DNA of 50,367 nt, from assembly GCA_044892505.1 (NCBI GenBank), contig CM097883.1:391468234-391518600 (forward strand), written 5' to 3'. Within the stretch, counting starts at the first letter, position 1; the number at the start of each line of letters is the position of its first letter. This DNA is from Schmidtea nova. Its lineage: Eukaryota. The notes under the pieces are model-generated. The model did no database searches, was not told where the DNA came from, and saw nothing but the letters and a program-made list of their open reading frames with translations. The translations under genes and the position numbers were made by a program. This document shows, in pieces, positions 21,769 to 32,200 of the stretch.

Positions 21769-22392
21769 TTAACTTTGTTTATAAACCATGGCTCCTTCAG
21801 GGTTAAAAATATCGGTTCTAACCCGTAAATCATCACTACATTGTTGAGTAAAATCAAGGAAAATATATCCATGAGGAGATTTTGTAGCATCTTGAAAGGC
21901 TTCAATCAAAAAGTTACGATTAGAAGGATAAGCTTGTCTTGCCAGAAAATCAATAACTGTTGCATCTCTAGGATTTTTAAAAACAACAAGATATTGAACA
22001 TTTAAATTACGAGTTCGATGACTACCGCCCTGATGAAATAAATTCTGAGTTATAAAAATAACAGTAACACCTTTATGTCTACTGATTTTCGTAAATAAGT
22101 TATTGAAATCCTTTTCTTTATTTGCTTCTTGATACAAGTCGTCAATGATAATCACATCACCATGTTTTAATCTAGATGACCAGTTTTTATCGAAACCTTT
22201 AATGATTGTCATTTTTATTTTACAAAACTGATCTTGTGTCATTCCACTTTCGTCGTCAGCACCCCTATGCCAATAAATATTATTAAATTTTGACTTGAAT
22301 AATTTCGATTGCAATAATTTACAAACAAATAAAGTTTTTCCACTCCCGCTCGGACCAACAATTTGAAACACTGCATCATTTCTTAATTCCAT
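21769..22392 (-). CDS. FtsK/HerA-superfamily (A32-like) genome-packaging ATPase, 207 aa
   Basis: Walker A GPSGSGKT, Walker B IIIDD, SRH..VIFITQNLF and N.QYLVVFKNPRD. Confidence 0.95.
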   Translation of the reverse strand: MELRNDAVFQIVGPSGSGKTLFVCKLLQSKLFKSKFNNIYWHRGADDESGMTQDQFCKIKMTIIKGFDKNWSSRLKHGDVIIIDDLYQEANKEKDFNNLFTKISRHKGVTVIFITQNLFHQGGSHRTRNLNVQYLVVFKNPRDATVIDFLARQAYPSNRNFLIEAFQDATKSPHGYIFLDFTQQCSDDLRVRTDIFNPEGAMVYKQS

Positions 22393-22485
22393 ATTTAAAA
22401 ATTATATTTTCTTAATATTATTGTTTATATTTGTTTTAAATACCTGTTCTCAAAGTAATTATTTCATTTAAAAATATTTTCAGTA

Positions 22486-22953
22486 ATGATTAGAAACATT
22501 AATTACAAAGGTAAGACAGATGTATCACACATGAAATTTCCAAATGGAAAACCCCAGCAAATTGTAGATCGAAGTGGAAAATACCCAATAATATACTTTA
22601 AATCAGGAAGATATAGAATAATGGGATGCAGGGAATTTATTAGTGACGAACAAGTTGAGTTTTACGATTTAAAGATACAATCGATAACTGTAACTGCGGA
22701 TTTAGGATTTATTTGTAATTTGAATGAATTATCGAAATTAATACCATGTGTTTACGAGCCAGAATTATTTCCAGCTTTGAGATATATCAAATATAATCCC
22801 ATGTGTGTAAATATATTTGCAAGCGGGAAATTAGTCATATTAGGATTAAAAAACAAAGACTATAGTACTATAGTTGATGATATTATTTACGATATAAAAT
22901 CAATTATAGAAGATAAAGCCTTTATTGATTTCATACTAACATGTGACTCATGA
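22486..22953 (+). CDS. TATA-box-binding protein (TBP)-like protein, 155 aa
   Basis: Two TBP repeats: RNIN..IIYFKSGRYRIMGC and KIQSIT..DLGF..L..L..YEPELFPALRY..NIFASGKLVILGLK, compared with canonical YEPELFPGLIY..LIFVSGKVVLTGAK. Confidence 0.88.
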   Translation: MIRNINYKGKTDVSHMKFPNGKPQQIVDRSGKYPIIYFKSGRYRIMGCREFISDEQVEFYDLKIQSITVTADLGFICNLNELSKLIPCVYEPELFPALRYIKYNPMCVNIFASGKLVILGLKNKDYSTIVDDIIYDIKSIIEDKAFIDFILTCDS

Positions 22954-23128
22954 CTGCAATATCGATGCATTAGAAATGCACGATTCTGATTGGCTCTGTG
23001 TGTATCGATAGAATAAAGACATGTTGTGCATGCTTCATTCTGATTGGTTCATTATGTATGTTTCAAATCATGTGTGTTTCTTTGATATATATACTATGAA
23101 CAATCTCACATAGTTTATATTCACAATA

Positions 23129-23792
23129 ATGTCTCTTACGCAAACACTAATTAAAAGCCGTAAGGATTTTTAATTATTTATTTATTAAAATTAATATTAT
23201 TTCTTTTTTAGAAAAGTTGATGAACGTTATTTACAGAAAGCTTGAGGAACTGTTCCCAAATCTTATGCCAGCTCTGGTCTATACGGCTCCTGAGATGTTC
23301 CCGTACAAGATAATGGTCTTGACGGGAATCGACATCAATCAGATTGTGCTCGATCACATGACGAGCCAGAATACTGATCTTCCAAGGGTACCCGAGCACA
23401 TTATCTGTGCGTACCAATGCGGGAGCTGCGTGGAACGCATTCGTCAATTTAATATTTGGGTTTTGCGAAACTCATTGAGATTATACGAAGTCCAGCAAAT
23501 GGACAAAATCGATGAGGAAAAGGAAGATGATGAACAAGTCAAGGAAACATGGCCGAACTCGACTCCGGAACCGAATGATGATGAAGATGATCAATCAAAA
23601 AATGATTGCTCAATGGAACATGCACCATCTCTAGATGGTCCGTATCCATCGAAATCACCTGATTGTTCAGAATCTCCACATTCACCCGATTGTGCCGAAT
23701 GCCATCGACAGGCTGATGGTGTTGATAATGATGATGAAGAAGAAGAAGAAGAACAAGAAGAAGAAGAAGTAAAAGAAAACGATGAACAATAA
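23129..23792 (+). CDS. Hypothetical protein with acidic C-terminal tail, 2 exons (23129-23159, 23212-23792), 203 aa
   Basis: The ORF-track start is a TTG just after a TTTTTAG acceptor. A 52-nt GTAAGG..TTAG intron restores an ATG start in phase (612 nt). GC content is raised, and CCAAT and TATA-like elements lie upstream. Confidence 0.7.
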
Positions 23793-24290
23793 TCTGATGT
23801 GTATGTGTGTGTTTAATGTAATTAGTTTTTTTCTTTTAGTTATGTTATTTTAGTTTAATAAAAGTTTATTTATTTATTTTAGTTTTTTTATTCATTTTAG
23901 TTTTTGTTTTCATTTAAATAATAGTAATAGTTTTATTTTTTTTTTTTTTTATTAAAACATTTTAAGTAGTAGTTTTTTAATTAACTGTATATAAAAGTTA
24001 AAAAAAAAAAATTTTTTATTAAATACTTTTCAGAAAGAAAGTAGTAGTAGTAGTATTATAAAATAAATAAGAACATTAGGAACAGAACCTATTCTGTGTT
24101 GGTTTTGATATGCAAAAAGCTTCATACTAAACATATACTAATTAATTAAACATGCACGCATACAACAAAAATATTGCAATACATGTGCATACTGTGTGCA
24201 AAACAAATGCATGAATATGATTGGACAAAGACATCCAGTAATCAGTATAAATACAAAGACATTTTATAAAATATTGTCACAATTTACAAC

Positions 24291-24707
24291 ATGCAATCAC
24301 GAAAAGAAAATCTAGATATAAGCGAAGAAAAAATATATCAGACTGAGGTAAAACCAGTTCAGATGTACTATGACAGCCGACTTTATTTTTTGGTTAATGA
24401 AATACCGTATCGATTATCATTTCCGGTAAAGTTAACAAAATCTTTATATGACAGTCTTGCTATAATTATTTCCAAAGCAGATATTATCGCATTAAATCGA
24501 TTATTTTCAAAGATCAATGTTAATTTGACATGTAAAGAAACAATGTACATCAATAACCGAAAAACTCGGTTTCATGATGCTTTTCAGACTATTGATTTCA
24601 TGGATCAAGAACACTGGTTCGTTACAGTTATTATTCAAGGGTACAAGATTGATAAAAAAGATGTTGTTACTCCGATTTGGAGAGTTGACAATGCAAGATA
24701 CGCATAA
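24291..24707 (+). CDS. Hypothetical Polinton protein, 138 aa
   Basis: Clean ATG ORF with TATAAA at 24246-24251, an ATTGG box upstream and AATAAA ~10 nt after the stop. Confidence 0.7.
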   Translation: MQSRKENLDISEEKIYQTEVKPVQMYYDSRLYFLVNEIPYRLSFPVKLTKSLYDSLAIIISKADIIALNRLFSKINVNLTCKETMYINNRKTRFHDAFQTIDFMDQEHWFVTVIIQGYKIDKKDVVTPIWRVDNARYA

Positions 24708-24771
24708 TTGTTTTTTAATAAATATTTTAGTATGAACAAATTTAGTTTTTATATTAGTTTTTGTTTTTAAA

Positions 24772-25353
24772 ATGAAATTAATTATAGTTATTTTATTATT
24801 ATGTGTTGACAATACTGAAGGAGAACAAGCTTTGGAGGATTGTCAATCATCACATCCGTTTCGAAAACAAGATAGTACTTGCGCGAGTTATAACGATATA
24901 TGTCTTTACTCAAACATTGAATGCAATCAAATTAAATTACAATGTAATCAATGTCCTTCCAAAAATAATGTGATTAATAATGATATTGAAAAAATGATTA
25001 ACAAAATAATTATGAAAATAGTTGAACGATTAAAATGTATAAATCAAACTATTGTTAAAAAAGAATATGAAGTCAGATACCAAAATCAAACAGTTGAAAA
25101 CGAAAAAACATCAATTGTTTTACATTATATAAGTTTATTTATATTAATAATAATACTGATGTTATCGGCATCCATACGGCTGGAGAAGATTTCAAATATT
25201 CCAAAGAATAATATTCCGACAAATACTAGTATTCCGATGAATAATATTACAATGAATAATATTCCGATGAATAATATTCCGAGTAACAATTCAGATGTAA
25301 ATAATTTTGAAACTAAATTTTGTACACGTACACAACGATATATTTATAAATAA
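24772..25353 (+). CDS. Type-I membrane protein with signal peptide and 6-Cys ectodomain (TNFR-CRD-like), 193 aa
   Basis: Hydrophobic N-terminus, C-x12-C-x6-C-x6-C-x6-C-x2-C, two NQT sequons, TM segment ISLFILIIILMLSASI and an NNIPMNN-repeat tail. Confidence 0.7.
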   Translation: MKLIIVILLLCVDNTEGEQALEDCQSSHPFRKQDSTCASYNDICLYSNIECNQIKLQCNQCPSKNNVINNDIEKMINKIIMKIVERLKCINQTIVKKEYEVRYQNQTVENEKTSIVLHYISLFILIIILMLSASIRLEKISNIPKNNIPTNTSIPMNNITMNNIPMNNIPSNNSDVNNFETKFCTRTQRYIYK

Positions 25354-26354
25354 ATTTTGTCTTTTTTAATGTCTTTGTTTATGTTGAACGCATGTGTCTT
25401 TGTTTAGTTTGCATGTGTATTGCAATGTCTTTGTTCATGTTGCACGCGTGTTGCAATGTCTTTGTTCATGTTGCACGCGTGTTGCAAAGTCCTTGCACGT
25501 GTGTTGCAATGTCTTTGTTAACTTGCACGCATGTTGCAAAGTCATTAGTTTGAAAAAATAATAATTAAATGTAGCAGAACATTTAGTATCAGAACCCTGG
25601 AAGCAGAACATTGCGATCAGAACCCTGGAAGCAGAACCTCTTCTGTGATGGTTTTGAAGTGCAAAAGCTTCATACTTGACAAATAATAATTAATTAAACA
25701 TGCACACATAAAAAAAATGTCTTTGTTTGCACACCTGTTGTAAATATTTTTGATTACTCGAATTTTGTCTTTAAAAAAATAATTTGACTAAAAATAATTT
25801 ATCTTAAAAAAAATTCGTCTTTAAAAATTAGTAAAAAAAAATTTGACCTAAAAAAAAAAATTTTTGAAAAAAAAATTTGTAAAAAAAATTTTTGAAAAAA
25901 AAAATTTGGCGCGAAAAAAATTTTTGAAAAAAAAATTTGGCGCGAAAAAAAATTTTTGAAAAAAAAATTTGGCGCGAAAAAAAATTTTTGAAAAAAAAAA
26001 TTTGGCGCGAAAAAAAATTTTTGAAAAAAAAATTTGGCGCGAAAAAAATTTTTGAAAAAAAAAATTTGGCGCGAAAAAAAATTTTTGAAAAAAAAATTTG
26101 GCGCGAAAAAAATTTTTGAAAAAAAAAATTATGACTCATCGATGACTCATCGATGAGTCATCAAAAAAAAAGTATGACTCATCGATGACTCTTCGATGAC
26201 TCATCGATGACTCATCGATGACTCATCGATGACTCATCAAAAAAAAAAAATTTTCTACCCCCCCCCGGGGGGGAGGGGGGGTCTTTGTTCTTTTTTTTTC
26301 CGCCCACGCATGAGTCATAATGTCTTTGTTCCCGGCTCCACACATCTACCTACT
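25335..26354 (-). repeat. Right terminal inverted repeat of the Polinton (at least 1020 bp)
   Basis: Mirror of 8302-9184. Contains 7 TTTGGCGCGAAA copies (25905-26108), 9 perfect TGASTCA sites (26132-26317) and extra TTGCA/CTTTGTT subrepeats (25410-25545). Confidence 0.95.
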
Positions 26355-26857
26355 AAATTGGTTTCATTCAATTGTTTTTTCTATAACATAAAAACTCAAT
26401 ACAATTATATTATAGGCTTACTTGTGTGTCGAAGACCTTTTTTCACTTTATTACCATTTTCATATGGCTTCCACACTATATGAAAAAAACAAATCTGCGC
26501 ACTAACTCAGAATCATAATATAAAAGACACGATATAACTTGTAGAAAAATTAAGCTTTTCATTAATTTATTTTTGTCAATATATTTTAAACAATGAAATT
26601 TTATCTAAAAAATATTCTTAGAAATATATCTGCACTGTCTACTCCTATTAATTAAATAATGTAATTTGATTATTTTTCTTATACAAAATTTCTATGTTAT
26701 TAAATTTTTAGAAATCGAAAAAATACTTGAAAATGTTTAAAAAAATTTTATATTTAATTTATAATTAGTAAGCTTAGAAATTATTTTAATTTATCTACAT
26801 AATAATTAATAATTTCTTAAAATATTCATAAAAAGTTTAATAATCATTAGCCCAATA

Positions 26858-27713
26858 CAGTGGTTCAAAAGTGTGGTTCGCGAATCGACTTAAAGTGGGA
26901 GCAAAAATTTTTAATATTTAGTTGTTCGTATTAATTGTGTGGATATTAATTTGCTTTTAATGATTTTTGCTGCAATATAAAAGTAGAAGTCGAAGATGTT
27001 ATTGCCAAAATTAGAAAACTAGCTCATTAGTCTCATGCAGCGCCGTGCTGTAACTTTTGGGGGCCCTGTGCAGAAACTAAAAAATTTTTTTTTTAATTTG
27101 AATTAATTTTTTATTGATTTTATTTAAAAAAATAATACAAAGCAATTATAAAGTAATTTTTCTAGCTTTTTTGCTGGCAAATTCATTAATTATATCATTG
27201 TAATCAATTGCTCTGGCTGTTGCATTTCCAATCGGCAGTATTGCCAATCCATGAAGTCTTTCCTGTGACATTGTAGACTGTAGATAATTTTCAATTAATT
27301 TTAGTTTTGAAAACGATCGTTCACAATGAGCAAAGGTAAAATGGGTACTGTTAAAATTATTCGATATATGATACATACATTTGGATCTAATTCTTCCAAA
27401 CTTCTTTCTAAAATGTATTCCAAATTCTCCATAATAGTATAAATATCTTCTAAAATATATTTTTGCTAATGGAGAAGTTTTTCCAATGTATTTAATATTT
27501 GGGGGCCCTTCAAAAATAGGGGCCCCAGTGCTATTGCACTTGTTGCACTTGCGATAGTACGGCGCTGGTCTCATGCATTCACTTAATTATTAAATGGGCT
27601 TTTAATAAATAAATTAAAGATTTTACTTTTATCCTTGTTTTTTTACAGGTGGCTAGCGAAAAACTTACGTTTTTTATAGTTGGACTCGACTGATAAAAGT
27701 TTGGGAACCACTG
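26858..27713. mobile_element. Decayed Charlie/Buster-type hAT MITE (interrupted by a second hAT)
   Basis: CAGTGGTTC..AAAGTGTGG left end and AAAGTTTGGGAACCACTG right end. The TSD is no longer recognisable. Confidence 0.7.
27038..27567 (-). mobile_element. Non-autonomous hAT deletion derivative (530 bp) retaining the transposase dimerisation-domain tail
   Basis: TIRs CAGCGCCGT(G/A)CT and an 8-bp TSD GTCTCATG (27030-27037, 27568-27575). Encodes CERSFSKLKLIENYLQSTMSQERL..LAIL. Confidence 0.92.
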
Positions 27714-28593
27714 ACTTACTAATTACAAATTTTTACAACACACTAATTAATTATTTAGTTTTGAAAATGGCCTAAAAATTGAAACGGAAAAATATCATAT
27801 TGAAACATAATATATCTAGTGTGTTATACAAACTCATAATACAAAAAATACACGGTTAATAATAGTATTTTTAACATATAATAATAATAATAATGTTGGG
27901 TTAGTGTAAAATATTGAGTTAAATAAAAATATTGTAAATTTATCTAAAGTTAAAGGTTTAGCTGAATTTGATCAGCTAACTATTTTTAAATATAAATTTA
28001 AGTCTGTTGGAAAGATAAGGCTTTAAATGAATCGGAACTTCTTTTTAAATCCGAATAAAGCTGAGTGTCTAGGTTCTTATTGATGGGCGGCCTAAATACA
28101 TGGTTAAATCTCCCATGAGACATCCATGTGCAAATAGCAGATGATATATATTATAAGGTCATCGCGTGTAAGAATATTCTTTTGGCCTTTGGAATCTATT
28201 TTCTTTCAAACTCATCCTTGACAAGGCTGCTCACAATTTATAAACCTTTCCCAAATATGCCAATCAAGGTGGGCTTGTTGTAGCACCTGGTAGATTCAGA
28301 TGCTATAGCTTTATTTAAGTTGGTAAATATCCCTCCTTCTGTAGCATTTGATCCAGATTCTGAAATCTTTGACACGCGTTGAAATCTTATCATGAATTTC
28401 TTCATTGTTTCCTTTTAAACTTTCTGCAATTGTGGAATCATTGTGGAATAGTACACCAATAACGAATTTTTACAGTAACAAAAACAGATGTGAAGACTCT
28501 CATTTTATAAAGAGTTGGGTTCTGTCGCTTTTTAATAAGCAATCTTCTGTCTGTGACTTTAAAATTTTTCATGATCCCGATAGTCTCCAATAA

Positions 28594-28832
28594 CGGTTCA
28601 TTATATCTGCTGTTGGTCAATCTTTTTGCGTCAAAAACAGTATCATTTGTGTTCATTGTAATTTGCTTTTTGCATCATCTCCAATCAATCGCTCTGTATC
28701 GGTAAATGCTACATAACTGGGAGTTGTACGATTTCCTTGTTCGTTGGCAATAATTTTTACTTCGCCATGTTGGTACACTCCAATGCATGAATAAATAGTA
28801 TCCAAATTTATGCCAATAGAGTTATCAGACAT
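28594..28832 (-). pseudogene. hsp70: HSP70 N-terminal fragment (pseudogene)
   Basis: [48 protein letters not shown] and, after a frameshift, N..TVFDAKRL. The GIDLG motif has decayed and no further HSP70 sequence follows. Confidence 0.9.
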
Positions 28833-29860
28833 TGAATTAAATTTCAAATTCGAAGAAAATCAATTATTATTAAAATTGCTTTTATAATTTGAAAACAAAT
28901 TAAAAATTTTATTATTATTTCAATACAACTCTTCTTTAAATAACAAAAAGCCAAAATAACTCCAAAATATTTAAACTGGTTCGACAAAACAAAGCATTCA
29001 TTGTCGAACCATTTTTAACAATTATTAAAAATAAATTTCTTATAATTTAATTTTTTTACAAATTCACTTGTCTCTAAATCCCTGATATTATTCAAGCCCA
29101 ATCAAATCTTTAACTTAAAATTTATTTTAATTTTACTATGGCAGCAGCTAGACACGACCTGAAAGAGTGGAGAGGTATGCGAGTTAAATGCATAACTCTT
29201 TCTCAGAGAAAGAATTATATATATTTAGAACTAACTTTATTAGCTACATATTTTAAACAACATTTAATGAAATAACATCTTACCTATTATCTAAGGATAC
29301 GAAATAAGTTAAAGCTAAAAAGTCTTTCATCAAAAACCATATAAAGATAATGAATATTGTCAAAAGCTAATTCACTATAAAGACTTTTTTGTAAAATTTA
29401 GAAATCTAATTTTTGGCCAACCATTCTAAGCAGCTTGACGGTATTCGTCGCAGTTTTGGTCTTATCATTATTGAAAAAATACAACAAGTCTCATCTTGTA
29501 CAGAAATTATATTCCTCTATTAAAGTGCAAATAATTATTGGCAATATCCTAATGGTGCTTTCATCAACAATTGGCGGAATAGTTGAAAAGTTTCGATTTC
29601 AGATATATTGGAATTGGGATCCAGCTGCCGGAATTCTCTCTCCGGAATCTTTTTATCAAACAATAGGTAAATATATATATTTATATAATATACTTTGAAA
29701 TTTGTGATAATTTTCATGTTCAATATTGAAAATTTATTTTACAGTCTATGTTGATACGTAAGGGATTTTGAATAATAAATGTGGAAGTAGTTAATAACTA
29801 TGCCACTCAAAACTACCTTTCCCTTTATTAATTACAAAAACTTACAAATATATTATTAGA

Positions 29861-29896
29861 CTAGAAAAAAAGCCCGTTGTACTTGATACAACAGGC
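29861..29896 (-). mobile_element. Helitron 3' terminus (hairpin + CTAG|T)
   Basis: Minus strand reads GCCTGTTGTA-TCAAG-TACAACGGGC, then 7 T, then CTAG followed by T. Confidence 0.7.
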
Positions 29897-30564
29897 CCAC
29901 AGTAATATTTTAAGCAAATTTCTGAAAATAATAATAATAATAATAATTGAGTGAGGGTTCTCCATAAAAGGTTATAATAAAAAAAATTAATTAAAATTAA
30001 TTAATCGCTTAATGGGAAGCCCGAGACAATGGATAATCTGAGTGATTAGGAAAACCTGGAGCGCCAGAAGACCCGAAAGATTGAAGTCAGGTAATTGCGC
30101 ACAACAATTAAGGATAAAATCCACCCGGGCGCTAGATAAAAAATAAAACTGTAAGTGACCAAACGACAAAGAATAAAATATATAAGATATATATATATAT
30201 ATATATAATTATCTTACAACTATTTTATTTAATAGTATTATAAAATACTAATAATTGAAATATTAACCCTGTTTAATATAAAGCTCATACTATCAAATGA
30301 GAAACCCTATATTCATAATATAGAAATGATAGTAAAAANNNNNNNNNNNNNNNNNNNNNNNNNNNNNNNNNNNNNNNNNNNNNNNNNNNNNNNNNNNNNN
30401 NNNNNNNNNNNNNNNNNNNNNNNNNNNNNNNNNNNNNNNNNNNNNNNNNNNNNNNNNNNNNNNNNNNTAGATTTGATTAAAAATCAAATAATCAAAGAAA
30501 CCTGTGATTTCGTTAATTCAAAAACTAGTAAAATAAATAAAAAAAACAGCAAGATTAATACATC

Positions 30565-31194
30565 CAGGGCCGGCTCAGAGGTCGGGACTTCGCGGATCTT
30601 TCCAGAGTCCCACGCTTTCATATTCTAACAATAATTAGTAGCTAAGCAAATTTTTGACACCAAATGCAACGTTTTTTACAAGTCGGATGTTAACGCAGGT
30701 CTTTCCCTGCATTTTCAATATCGATGAATTGTAATATCTTGACTATAATACGCATTTTTTCACATTTTAGTCAGCAAAAATAAGGCTACGTATTATTAAG
30801 TATTATTAAGTATACAAAAAAAGTAATTTTAAACATTGAACAATTGAATTCCACTATTGAATTCTCAGCTATAAAGAAAGGACATTTTTTTTCAAAATAT
30901 GAAGTGGACAAACAAAATATATAAAAAAAACAATGTATTGTAATAGCATTCTCAATTTATAAAGAACTGTAGCCATTGTAACTAGACACATAAAGTAATG
31001 AAAAGACTTTAAATAACAGATGGTTTCGGATCAAAGAACGGCGTCTAGAAAGGTGCAGGGCCTTTTCAATAAAATAACAAACCAAAAAATAAATGCAAAT
31101 AAAAGTTTATGTTCATGTATCATTTCTTCTTTTGTGGGAAAGGGCCTCACATAAAATATTTTCCCGAGGCCCACAAAACCCTCAGCCGCCCCTG
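30565..31194. mobile_element. hAT MITE, 630 bp
   Basis: TIRs CAGGG(C/G)CGGCT and an 8-bp TSD AATACATC (30557-30564, 31195-31202). Confidence 0.9.
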
Positions 31195-31820
31195 AATACA
31201 TCGCGTTTTAAGATTTAAGATCTATTTTTAAGATAAATTGAATTATCACACAGTAGAAAACACATATTAACTTGTTTCATTTCAAAATTTTAAGTACCAG
31301 AAACTTATAATATAGAAATACATACATAATATAGAAAAAGAAGCTAATCAGTTAACACACAAGCAGACCATGTATACTCAACACACATTTTCTATAAAAA
31401 ATACAAACATAGCCGATAATTTAGTAAACGAATTTCAAAATCAAGATACATTTTTAAAAAATTAAGATAAAAATAAACAAAATAATTTTTTTTAAATTTT
31501 TAATGCAAAGATGACTTCAACAATACCTGTTAATGAACATTACACTGCAAAATTTTAATATTTTGCAATTTAAATTTACTATTATTTTTCAAGAATTTCT
31601 CTGAAATGCAAAAGAAAAATAATTCCGTCATAGAGAATGGAAAAAACTTTAAAAATTTACTGAAAAATTGTCTCTAATATTGCTTGAATTTGTATAATCT
31701 ATTTAAAGAGAATGTATTTAACAAAATTATAAAAATAACTTACATTTTGAATGAAATTATTCTAAATCTAAATTTAAAAATTTATATACACCAAAGAGCA
31801 TGATTAAGGGTGCTATAGAC

Positions 31821-32200
31821 CAGAGGTTCCCAAACTGTGGGTCGTGACCCAAAAGTGGGTCGCCAAGCTCTGGCAAGTGGGTCGCGAAAGTTTTTAGGAA
31901 TACATCCTTCACATTGATTCTTTAAACTTGACAGTATAAATATTAGTTAAACTGTTATAACACTGTTAAAACTGTTGCTTTTGCATTGAAATAATTTTTT
32001 TACTGTTTTCCTAAGTTTCATTTTTATGTTTTAAATGTGCTAATTTCTAAAGTTTCTAAACGCTGTTTGTAAATCGGAATATTTTAACCCAATTTATGAG
32101 ATATTACTGAGTACTCGATGCTTAATTTTATTCAGTGGGTCCCGAGATGTCAAAAATATTTCCAAGTGGGTCCAGAGCCAAAGAAGTTTGGGAACCTCTG
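31821..32200. mobile_element. Charlie/Buster-type hAT MITE, 380 bp
   Basis: Perfect 16-bp TIRs CAGAGGTTCCCAAACT, an 8-bp TSD CTATAGAC with central TA, and subterminal AGTGGGTC repeats. Confidence 0.95.

Larger units (their letters stand above)
8302..26354. mobile_element. Complete Polinton/Maverick (adintovirus-like endogenous dsDNA virus), 18,053 bp
   Basis: Starts AGTAGGTAGATGTG and ends CACATCTACCTACT. Flanked by an identical 6-bp TSD AAATTG (8296-8301, 26355-26360). Long TIRs. Contains pPolB, integrase, ATPase, protease, MCP and mCP. Confidence 0.98.
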
